Shown here: one piece after another, positions 1 to 10,700 of the stretch
Position numbering within the stretch: position 1 is the stretch's first letter
How the letters are laid out: each line of letters begins with the position of its first letter
Source: Gnetum montanum
Taxonomy: Eukaryota; Plantae; Gnetophyta
NCBI GenBank assembly: GCA_015680685.1
Contig: MNCI01002446.1
Span: 24,525-88,524 of the forward strand
Reading direction: 5' to 3'
Length of the DNA: 64,000 nucleotides
Program-made: the position numbers and the translations under genes
Notes under the pieces: model-generated
Databases searched by the model: none
The model's input: the letters and a program-made list of their open reading frames with translations, nothing else
Told to the model about the DNA's origin: nothing

Positions 1-791
1 TTAGGCCCAGATGTGGAAGGAGAGTGTGAATGGTGAGATGAAGGAGAAGAGGAAGGGGATCCATCACCATGGCGATGTTTCTTACCTTCTCTTCGGCTGC
101 TTCGGCCCCGATCGTTGTAACGATCTAAGTGTTTGTCCTTAGTGGGAGTGGTTGTTCCTGCCATGAACAGTTGGTGCTCACGGGGATCAGAGCCTGTAGC
201 ATGTACAGTTGATCGAAGGCCCTGATGCTTTACCTCTTCACCAGAGTGAGGAGGAGGAACATCATTTTCTAAGAAACCCATTGTGAGGGGTTCCTCGTCT
301 CCTATTTCACTAATGACATGGGGGACCTTGCCCTTCAATAATGAATGTTGGCTCTCCTGCCTTTCATCCCGAATACGTTGGGCATTTGTGGGATGATAAT
401 CCCTTGTGTCATAGTCATCCAGAACGTATTCAACAAATAGCTCTTGCATGCCAATCTGTGCTAAGGCACGGAAAAGCATGTTAGGGGCAGATCTATCCGG
501 GGGTAACACAATGTTACCTTGCAAATCTCTCCATCGCAGTTGCTCATCCTGATGGAGAATAAAAGTAAAGTCAAGGACATACTCATCAAGATGAGTATAT
601 GTGACCTTAGATTGTTTAGGACATGGCCGATTTGGGTTATGCGTATGGTACTAACTGTCTCCTGTGTTGTCCTTAGATGGTGTGCAAATTTTTACCTTTA
701 ATTAATTTTTTGTTGATTAACCCGAAGGTTCGTTGAGGCTCACAACGATGTGAGTGATATCCCTTATGTTCAATTGGCGTAAAAACACTTA

Positions 792-810
792 GTCCCCAGC
801 AACGGCGCCA
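792..810 (-). promoter_or_regulatory. Primer binding site, tRNA-Asp
   Basis: Minus strand reads TGGCGCCGTTGCTGGGGAC, complementary to the plant tRNA-Asp 3' end, 1 nt from the LTR end. Confidence 0.9.
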
Positions 811-811
811 A

Positions 812-1723
812 TGATGAGTGGCGAGGTACCCCTACACTCAACCATACGAAACGAGCGTAGCACGCGCGATCCAGTCGAACTCTACCGACTAAATGCCTAA
901 ACGCCACAAGGAACGCTTGGGGTTAATCATTCGTTGTCTTCCCAGGCTTGCTTGTATGTGTCACAGTGTATGGTTAAGCAAGTCTGAGGTATATGATTTT
1001 TTTGGTATTTTTCGGTTTATCTCCTAAGCTATGAGGATGAAGGGTTGAGAAACTAACTAACTCTAACTACAGCACTAAGTCCTAGCGTCAGCATCCGTTC
1101 CCACTTGCCGTACACACCCTGAACTGTGCAACTGTGGCTACCAAACGCTAATCGTTATTGGGATTACCACACGTAACGCACATGCTTGAAGCGGTCGTAC
1201 TGAGGCACCTAACTAACCTAAGTGTGACAAGCAGCCGATTCCTTGACTAGCCGTACACATCCGTAGATGCTCGTAATCAAGTCGTACTCGTCCCACGTTC
1301 TAGGAGATAAGGGTGAGAGAATCTAATCGCGATGAGTAGCCGATTCCTTGGCTAGCCGTACACATTCGTCAATGCTCGTAACCAAGTCGTACTCATGCCG
1401 CGTTACTAGGAAAGCAATAAATAACATTAAATAAACCTATCCATGTACTGCAAGGTTTATCCACAAAGCCCGTCTTTGTTGCCATACACAACTTGCGTTC
1501 AGGTACAAAGCTGCTCGAATAAAGAACCGTTCACTTGGGGGACTCCTACTGCGGGCACATGGAAAATATTCTATCTCTGGGGTGATCAATCCGCCAAAGC
1601 TTCGCTACTTTACGCTTAGGATGAGAAATGAGGGGAGTGTCGCCTCTTATTTATAGATATGGCAACAGACCGCGATATCGTGTCGGCCGCGATATCGCGG
1701 CTTGTGCAATCTGCGTCTCATCA
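812..1723 (-). repeat. LTR (912 bp)
   Basis: 7-bp terminal inverted repeat TGATGAG/CTCATCA; minus-strand TATAAATA near 1650; internal ~75-bp duplication (~1232-1310 and ~1338-1412); homologous diverged fragments at 15395 and ~55270-55445. Confidence 0.85.
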
Positions 1724-1949
1724 CTAGCAATCTCTGACCCTCATGGTACTTGTCAAATAATAAGATAACCAATTAATCCATCTTTGGTTGACACTAAGTT
1801 GCAAAAGTTATCTGAAAATGAAATTGAATTTTTACTTACATTTACTAAGGTACTCTTTGGATTTGTTGGAAAAGGCAATTTTAGAACTCTTTTTGTGGAA
1901 TTTATTAAAATTCATAACTCAATGTTATAGTCTAATTAGAACTTTATAA

Positions 1950-2575
1950 TTACACAGTAAAATTGAACCCATGACTTATTACATTCAAATCAAGAGTCTT
2001 ACCATGAGGTTAACACCTCATTGTTATATGCTATTTACTTGAATAGAATCCATGACATAAGGTTTTTAGGCCAAGCCTCTTACCAATTAGTAAAATGTAG
2101 CTTATTCAACATGATTTTTCAACTCCACTTAATTACATTATTGAGAAAATATTCAACTTCTTTGTTGTTTTCATTTTTTGTTTTTAAGTAAAGGTGGTGG
2201 TGCACCCATTGAGTGGGGAAGGAAGCAAGTAATTGGAACCTAAAAGAATGACTATAAGGATACCTCTAGACATATAGTCAACATGACAGTTTAGATGAAT
2301 TATAAAAGAATATAACAATGCTTCAAAGTGGCAACCTCTTGGGTAACAAGACAATGAACTAGCCACCTATTATTTGCTACCCCACTATTTTGATTACAAC
2401 TCAAATTCTTTTTTCCCTCTCTTAATGTTTACATCCAACAATGTGGTGCCACTAGCTAAATAGTAAGCCTCTTAATTTGGTCACTCCAAGTTATAGGACT
2501 GGACCCATGATCTTGAACTTCCAAATCAATCGTCTTACCACTAGGCTAACACCTCATTGTTATCTAAAAAAAAAA
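1950..2575 (-). mobile_element. Cluster of short tRNA-derived SINE remnants
   Basis: Two related copies (~1950-2030 and ~2480-2565) read ATAACAATGAGGTGTTA(G/A)CCT..TGGTAAGAC...CATGGGT(T/C)CA on the minus strand, with A-box and B-box spacing; a weaker third copy lies at ~2040-2095. Confidence 0.55.
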
Positions 2576-3552
2576 TTATTTCCAAGTTCCAACTCACCCT
2601 CATTGTTATTTAAAAAAAAAGGTTATTTCCAAGTTCCAACAACTCACCCAATGTATAGCAAAGTCAAAGCATATAAATTTTTTAACCTAACCAATGTAAA
2701 GAAAAGTCGAAGCATATAAATCTTTTAACCTAATAAAAACCAAATTAAAAGTTAAATAAGAAGTAGCACACGTGGTTTGTAAAGCAAGATAAGTGCAGCA
2801 GATAAAATGAAAATTTAGTGGCGAAGCATATCCCAACCGTAAACAATACAATACAATACAAACGCTCAAACATGGTGATGATTGGCCCGATGAATTAGAA
2901 TTATGAGCACATTATGATTGCGCAAAATTTTACAACAAACTTGAAACGCAGAGGCTAGATATCATGGTAGGCGGAAATTTGCACAAAAATCACGACAACC
3001 GCACGCGTCGCATCCGGGTACGACTATGACCAAACTTTTCATTGTTTCCATTTTCAAATCCTATTAGAATTCCAAGTTGCAGACGTCACCTATGCCACCG
3101 GCTCTCCATCTGTAACTGCAACACGAAATGAAATCGAAATCATTTTTGGATTTGGTAATGACTTAGCGGTTGCGGCGTGCGTTTGTTGCTCTGGCATGTC
3201 AACATTTGCGGATCTTTGCCATAGTCAACCACTGCCAGAGAAAGCAGAGGAAGAAACATAGCAGGATGAGCTTGGACCCCGTCTATTGCGGACGACGATG
3301 ACAATTTCATGTTCAAGTTTTGATGATGATCCAAGCGTTACATTTTCTACGCCGCATCTTGAAATTCTTTGCTGTATTTCTCCTCTGCAGATTACTAGAT
3401 GAGAAACTTAGCTTCGTGCGATCAGGCGTGTAGAAAATCGTTGGATTCGTTGCGTTTCTCTGCGAATTGAGCAATTCCTTAATCAAAGGTTCTAGTTTGA
3501 TCGGAAATTGTGATCCTCGATAGATATCGTCGATTCCTATCATACTACGACG

Positions 3553-4083
3553 ATGAGCCGGTCGGAGGAAGGAGGAGGAGGAGGAGACGGTGGCGATGCT
3601 TCGAACAAAGATAGCCTGACGAAGGAGCAGATCACACAGCTACGCGAGATCTTCACGTCTTTCGATCGGAACAAGGACGGCAGCCTGACGCAGCTGGAGC
3701 TGGCATCGCTTCTGAGATCGCTAGGGTTGAAGCCAAGCTCGGAGCAGCTGGAAGCGCTAATCGAGAAGGCCGATACGAACAACAACGGCTTGATCGAGTT
3801 TTCGGAGTTTGTTGCCCTAATTGCCCCAGAGAACGTGCCGGAGGAGGCGCCTTACACGGAGAAGCAAATGAAGGCGATCTTTAGGGTTTTCGATCGCGAC
3901 GGCGACGGCTACATCACCGCCGCGGAGCTTGCAACGTCCATGGCGCGCCTCGGCCACGCGCTTACCGTGAAGGAATTGACTGGCATGATCCGCGAGGCCG
4001 ACACCGACGGCGATGGCCGCATCAGTTTTCCTGAGTTTGTCAACGCCATCTCTTCCGCTGCTTTTGATAACGCCCTCTCATGA
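3553..4083 (+). CDS. CML18: Calmodulin-like calcium-binding protein, 4 EF-hands (CML17/CML18 group), intronless CDS, 176 aa
   Basis: Four EF-hand loops (DRNKDGSLTQLE, DTNNNGLIEFSE, DRDGDGYITAAE, DTDGDGRISFPE); LLRSLGLKPS, SMARLGHALT and C-terminal SAAFDN are signatures of the CML17/18 clade; GC- and CpG-rich intact ORF. Confidence 0.95.
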   Translation: MSRSEEGGGGGDGGDASNKDSLTKEQITQLREIFTSFDRNKDGSLTQLELASLLRSLGLKPSSEQLEALIEKADTNNNGLIEFSEFVALIAPENVPEEAPYTEKQMKAIFRVFDRDGDGYITAAELATSMARLGHALTVKELTGMIREADTDGDGRISFPEFVNAISSAAFDNALS

Positions 4084-5989
4084 TAATGAAGATGATGATG
4101 GTCTTCATTCTTGCAATGATTCTTCCTCTGTAAGCACGGTTTAATTTTATTCTTCAGCTGTCGTTTTGTTTCCTGTCGATCGATTATTATTCGTCTGCTA
4201 GTCTGCTGTAAATCTGTCTGAAAACGGAGCTTCCTCCGCCGATCAAACTTTTCGGCCTAATTTGGAACAGCGATCCGTGGCGAGGACCCTGTTTTACGAG
4301 ATTTTGTCGACTTGATTTCATGATGCATGCTTGCGAAGAATGTGCATTGTTTCTGAGCCTGAGATTTGTCATTTGCTGCTTTTTGCTTCTTCCGCAAGAA
4401 ATTTGCCGCTCCTCACCTTTCTGCTTATGGTCTGGTCTGCCGCTCATTGCATGCCAGTCATTTTTCTATCTATTTTATTTATTATATGGATATCAGAATC
4501 ATGTGTCTTTCCGGGAATTTCAGATAAGTGTACAGTTTGCTGACCGATGTAGATATGTTTTTGAAATATCAGATCGAGTTTTAGCCTTTGTAATGTTCAT
4601 TAATGGAAAATGACGTCTATGTTATGGTTCATGTAACACGTTTCTTTCTTTGGATGTTACGGGTAAGTAGTCGCTGTAGAAGCCGCAAATTCGGCTTACA
4701 TACTAACTGTCAAAAAGTTGGTAAATTATTATCTTGAACAGGTTGTGAATTTCACATCTAACCTAACTAGTATCTTGAATGCTATTCACAATTCACAATT
4801 TTCTCAAGTTTTGTAATTTTTTTTTGGGTAATACAACATTGATATTTTTATACTTTAAATAGAACCAAGGGTATTTTTAAACAATTTTACTTTAAAAAAT
4901 GATTTTTTTACTATCAAGAAAGTTCTTTTCTATGTATTACTTGTATATAGTTTTCATAGAAACATACATGTTGTCTGATTTGATATTGATAAGGTATTGA
5001 GCAAGTAATTTAAACTAAACTTGAAGGGACAAATTTGCTTAAATTTCAAAAAAAAATCAGGATAATAGTTCGGATGAAAAAAGGTTTCTCTTTGGAAGAG
5101 ATTTGAGGACTTTGGGAATAATAGTTGGGCTGAAAAAAAAGTTTTCAACATGTCATACCATGGTTGCAACCTAATCATCATGTTGAGTGACTTTGAATCT
5201 AGGAGAAGTTCTCAGAACTAACTTCTCCATTTGTTTTAATTTTTTGTTTTTTTGGCCAAGAGGCTAACTCTCAACCTTGTCCAAGAGAGTCCTCTTAGGC
5301 CATGGTAAATTAATTTTATTCTCATAATGGTGAGGGGAATTACTATTTTGGTTGAGAGGCCAACTACTTTGTTACTTGGACTTTGTCCTTGAAAACAAAT
5401 AGTGTTTATTATAAGGCTTGATGAAGAGAAACTTTTTCAAGAAAATTATCATTGAATAATGTACATTGGTTTTGATTTTTGTTTTTCAATGTAAAAATCA
5501 ATTAATCAATTTGAGATTTTATTAATTTAAAAAATATAAAGGATTCTTTTGACCAAATACTAGATATATAATAAATATATAGCTAAACTAGTGGCTAAAG
5601 TTACTTGTTGACACTTGTAAATTAAAAACCTACCACATTATTTAAGTGGTACAATGTATTTTCATGGATTAAATACCTTTGCAAGGGACAAATACTTGAT
5701 TTCCTCATATTAGATATATATAATGCGATGGTATTGTTGTTAAGAAACATAAAATTGAATTTAATGCTAATATATGCAAAAACCTTTCTCATTGTGATTA
5801 GACAAAATTTATAGAATGAAAGTATTTTACAGTAATATTTTGAACATGTCCTAAAACTTTTTAAAAAATAAATCTTTTGATATGTGAAGTAAGCATTCTA
5901 TAATCCTATGATGAGTTATGCAATGGCATTTTGGAAGTTGATTGTAACCTTTGAATTCAAGATATGCTTCATGCACCCAATGTTTGTGG

Positions 5990-6825
5990 CTTTCATGTAC
6001 ATGGTTGAGGTTTCTACCTCCTAGGTTTGCATCCTAGCGTTCCATTTAATACTATAGGTTTGGTGCATGTTTTGGGCTTCTCGGGATGTTTCTAACTTTG
6101 TTCAAAGATTCTTAGAAGCTCCCGACATGTTCCTTGGTGTCCTAGCTTTCATTTAGGAAAAGTTGTTGGGCAAGGGTATGCTACTTTCCCTACACCAATG
6201 TACCCCCTTGTGTCAATGTAGGGGTGTTGATGCATCCTTTCCCCCCGCCCCCATCCCCACCTTGCCCCTCCTCCTCCTTAGTGCCCTGGTTTGATCCATT
6301 TGCCTTCTTTGCCTCTTCAGGTGTATCCTAGGATGTCTTGGTTGCATTGATGGACCTTCGTTGATGCTTGGACATTAATGAACCCCTACCATTGTATTGT
6401 GAAAACTATAAATACCTAGGATGAGCTTCATACAAAAAAACTCAATTCCAAGCATTTCCTTTAGCTTTTGTCATCCAATTTCATGTGAAGAGCTCTTCCT
6501 CCATTGCGTAAGTGATTTATTTTTTGTTTTGTGTGTGTTTTGAGTTGTCACTTTCATAGGTTCAGCTAGACCTTTATGAAAGTGCTACCATGCTTATGTA
6601 GCTTGGAACTATTTGGTCGATGCGAGTCTAGTATTTGTGCTAGAAATAAAGCTCATGGTTTTCTCTCATTCTATCATTGATGTCTTAAAAACATTAAAGC
6701 ACCAAACACATTATAAAACATAAAAACATATAAATATTTATTTTGTTCTCATTTTCATAGGCTACGATGCTTCACCCTTACCTAAGGAGGTCCTAACTAT
6801 ATGACATGGCATTTGGCCATCGAGG
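5990..6825 (+). repeat. Probable decayed LTR
   Basis: LTR-like composition, CTATAAATA at ~6406, ends ...ATGACA followed by TGGC (possible decayed PBS), and lies upstream of gypsy pol remnants. Boundaries uncertain. Confidence 0.35.
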
Positions 6826-7765
6826 TTATGACTAAGAGCTATTTTATTTGCATTTTGTATGTGTTGTTGCAATTGTCCCCAACAGGGATTACAATGCATG
6901 TGTGTTTATTATTGTTTATTTGTTTCTTATAATTATAAAATCTATAAAAAGCAAAAAACATAAAATCATAAATATTTTTCACCATGGCAATGTAGGTTAT
7001 GTATTGTAATATCTTTTATATTTCTTGAATGCAATGATATATACAAGTGTTCTTAGCAATCCACTTAACATCATCCTTGAAGCTTACGATCATATCACAT
7101 TGCAATTTGTATGATAAATCCTATTGGTTCAAAATTGATGAGATCCCTATCATTATAATATGCAAAATATATCATAACCATCTTGAAGAATTAAAGTAGT
7201 AACATTTGCAATTCAAAATGTAAAGTAAAAAAACCATGGATTGATAGCACCTAAAGGTAGGTTGGGGAGTGGGTTAAATATGGGATTATACATATTTACT
7301 TTTAAAAATTAATTTATGTTTTAAAATACAAGGAAATGACAAAAGAATGAAATAATAAAACTATAAACAAATTGATTTATGTTTTAGAAAGCTTTACAAG
7401 ATATTATTACTCAAAATGCTACTTCTTACGGACCCTTTCTCATTTGCTTTTTTTCAGTTAAGCCCTTTAATGTATTTTAGATAACTTTCTTTAATCAACT
7501 TAGAGTCTTTGATTAGATACTTTAGTTCAATTAATGACTAGAAGGTTTAGCAAAACTCTTTTTCAAAATTTTTCTTCATGAGATTGACCTATTAGGTAAA
7601 AGAAAATTTATCATTATGGATTTCATGCTAAGAAAAGATTTCTTTGTTGATATGGTTTCAACATCAAACAAAGTCAAGAATCTCTTCCTAGTGAAAATTT
7701 TCAACAAATTATGCACGTTGAAGGTGAGGAATAGGCTACCACAATTCATATCATGGATTTATACC

Positions 7766-10700
7766 CCCTTTTTTGGAAAAAATCGAGCAAAATTTATTCC
7801 CAAAAAGAACGACTATACAAAGGTATAGCGCAGGCTAGGGTAGCTGACCCCACATCGACAACGGACCCAACCCCTGGGCCCCCCGCAAGTCCCGACTGCA
7901 TCAGGGCATCCTCGTTAGCAAGTGAAAGGTCCCAACCCTGGACCTTGAAACAATATTTCAGACTGAGCTGAGCATGTCCCAGCACCCCACCCCATGTTAG
8001 GGGCTTTTGGGGTGGTCATGGTTAGAGCTCCGACTCTCCTCGAGGGTTCGGAGGTCCAGGAACTATGCGCTCAGGCCAGCAGCCAAGCAATGACAATTCT
8101 CTTCAATTATCTGGGCAATACCTGTCATGTGGTCGCTGATGACACTTTCTATCCATTGCAGCGTTTGGCTATAAGAGTGCGGGGGTAAGGTCTGTTTCCC
8201 AAAAAGCGCTTCCCCAGCAGCCCAAACTGACCCCCTATCGTTGCTTGCCTACCCAGTAGTGAACGCTCTAGGGTCGGCATCCGCAGCTGACAAATTTCGC
8301 AGCGGGGCCTAGGCTGGCCCACCCCACACACAACCCCCACCCGCAAGGTCCCAGGAGGACACGACCATAGGCTCAACTGAGACTGCATCACCCCCCACCG
8401 GATGACCTCTGCTCCCCCTCCACCTTTGATACACTAGCATAGGCTTGAGCGATGACTAGAGCAACGGAACTGGAGTGCCAAGCCGCCAAAGAGCATGCAT
8501 CACCCCCAAGTATCGGCCAAGCCGACGTCATTGCAGAGACTCCCAGAGGAAGTGGGGGAGGTTAATAGGAGTCTCAGCGCGTATGCGCTTGCAAAATAGG
8601 AAGTGCACCCCGTTGAGTCTATGGTGGGAACCCAACTGAATGAAGTAACGCTCCACCATCACAGCCACGACTTGCCAAGCTGGCGAGAGGGCCGACCCCT
8701 TGATGTGGCAACTGGCCGTCTGAGGGATGGAGCCCTAGAAGAACTTGACGGCGTCCGCCTAGGACCGAGCCACAGGGGGAATCAGGTCCCCCATTACAGG
8801 GGCACCAATCGCCTCAACCAAAGCATCAACAGTCACCTAGATTTGGCATCTATGAAACACCGTGTACTCCCTGTTCCAGTTTGCATAGAATGGCTGGACG
8901 TCCATCTTCGGCTTCGCTGTAATGCATTGGAGCAAGGTAGTCCAACCCATCTACGAGACCATCTGCCAGAGATTAGTTTGATTTTGAATGTCAGTAGCTA
9001 GCAGCTCGAGACAGGCACGTGGTCTCATTAGTGCAGTAATTTGGTCCCACAATCTTCTGAACCGGTGAGCCAACGCGACAAGTGAGGGGATAGCTATCTG
9101 TCAAAAGACCCGATCGTTCTTGGCATGCCAGAGGGTCCATAAGGTGGTAAGCATCTGCAAATTTCTGTAACATTCGAGCGGGGGGAGGTCGGCCATACTC
9201 CAGAAGTTCCTAGCGACATGGCACTCATGCACGAAGTGTTGGTGCATCTCGTCGTGTTGATTGCACATCGGGCAGATGGTGTTAATGTGCATGCCACGTG
9301 CCTACAAACGCATCTGTACGAGAAGCACCTCGTTCAAGACCAACCACCCAAAAGCCTTAATTTTTTCCTACAGGCGACCTTTCCATAGACACTTCCAATG
9401 AGGATCCTCTGGGAATTGGCATTTGAGCAGTTCATGGGGGTGCAATGCAGTCTCATCTTCGTGGGTGAGGGTGTGGATGTACACACAGAGTTGGTGCTAG
9501 ATCAGGGAGTCAGACGCGGTAGCCTCCTAGGGTTGGTATTTCCATACTAGGAGTTGCACCCACTAGGGGGGTCATTGGACGACGTGAAGATTCTGTGGAG
9601 AAGCCGTTGCCTACCCAAGGCAACCTCGATGGAAAATTGAAGGATGTCAACACCGCTTGCCTAGTGGGGGCATGCGGTCTTCTCCCAAGAAACCAGGTGC
9701 ATCTTCTATCTAACCTTACCCCTAGACCACACGAAATCACGAGTCATCACATCAATGAGCTGCATGACGCCAGACGGCGATGTGGTCATGGAGGCGGTGA
9801 ATCTCACCTTGGCCGCTAGCACAGTAGTTGCCAACATGATCTTCCCTTTGCAGGACAGGAACCTGTTTGCCCAGTGAGCTGTGCACATTTGAAGTTTCAT
9901 TATGAGTGCCTGCCAGGTTCACTGTTTATGCCAGTTGTACATTGGCATTCCCAGGTACGTTTCCTCCTTGCTCTCTAGGAGAATCCCCAAGATCTAGATG
10001 ATCTTAGTATCGAAACTGGGGTGGGTATCAGTTAGGTATATTATGGACTTGCCTATGTTGGTGGTCAACCCCACTTCCCTCTTCATCCTGTCCATTGCCC
10101 GCAGGAGCACCCGAGCTTGGGGCACGATGGCACGGGTGAAGATCATCGTATCATTAGCGTAGTGGGCAGTTAAGCATCTAATTCCATGGATGTCTAGACC
10201 ATGACCACCTTCCTCTGCGCAGTATGTGTGTAGGAGGTCCATCACTAGGAGAAAAAGGAACGTGGACAAGGGGTCTCTTTGGCGCAGCCTGCAACCCATG
10301 CCTTGGAAGCCCTAGAGGTGGCTATTAATGTCTAGTGAATAACTTCCTCCCCTTTGAATCTGGAGGCACAAGTCCACGAACAGTTTTGTAAATCCTTTTG
10401 CTTGCATTACAATCCTAAGGGCGGTCTAGCTTACAGATTCATAAGCCTTTGTGATATTTAATTTGATGCAAAGTCTGAGGAATCTGGCAATGTTGAGAGA
10501 GTGCTGGATTTCCTATAGGAGCAACACTTGATTTTGGAGATGACAGCCTTTTATGAACCCAGCCTAGTGTTGCCCAACCAGACGTGGCATGAGGGGTGCC
10601 ATCCTGGCAACCACCATTCGCGAGAAAAGTCTCAGGAGGGAGTTACAAACTCCAATGGGGCGGAAATGTCCTAGAGATATGGGGTTGGCCATCTTTGGGA

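Larger units (their letters stand above)
1..1723 (-). mobile_element. 5' end of a relatively young Ty3/gypsy (Athila/Tat, OTA-type) LTR retrotransposon running off the left edge
   Basis: LTR with TGATGAG...CTCATCA termini, a tRNA-Asp PBS, and a minus-strand frame with no stop from ~650 to base 1 (first ATG ~480, MLFRALAQIG...; Ser/Arg/His-rich). It is missing from the ORF track, presumably because it has no stop in the window. CpGs are largely retained. Confidence 0.8.

Noticed and set aside
2765-3090. G-box, ACGCGT and GACGTCA motifs upstream of CML
   Set aside because: Short motifs are expected by chance and the transcription start is unknown.
4187-4613. Short ORFs downstream of CML
   Set aside because: They lie in the probable 3' UTR, on both strands, with no protein-like features.
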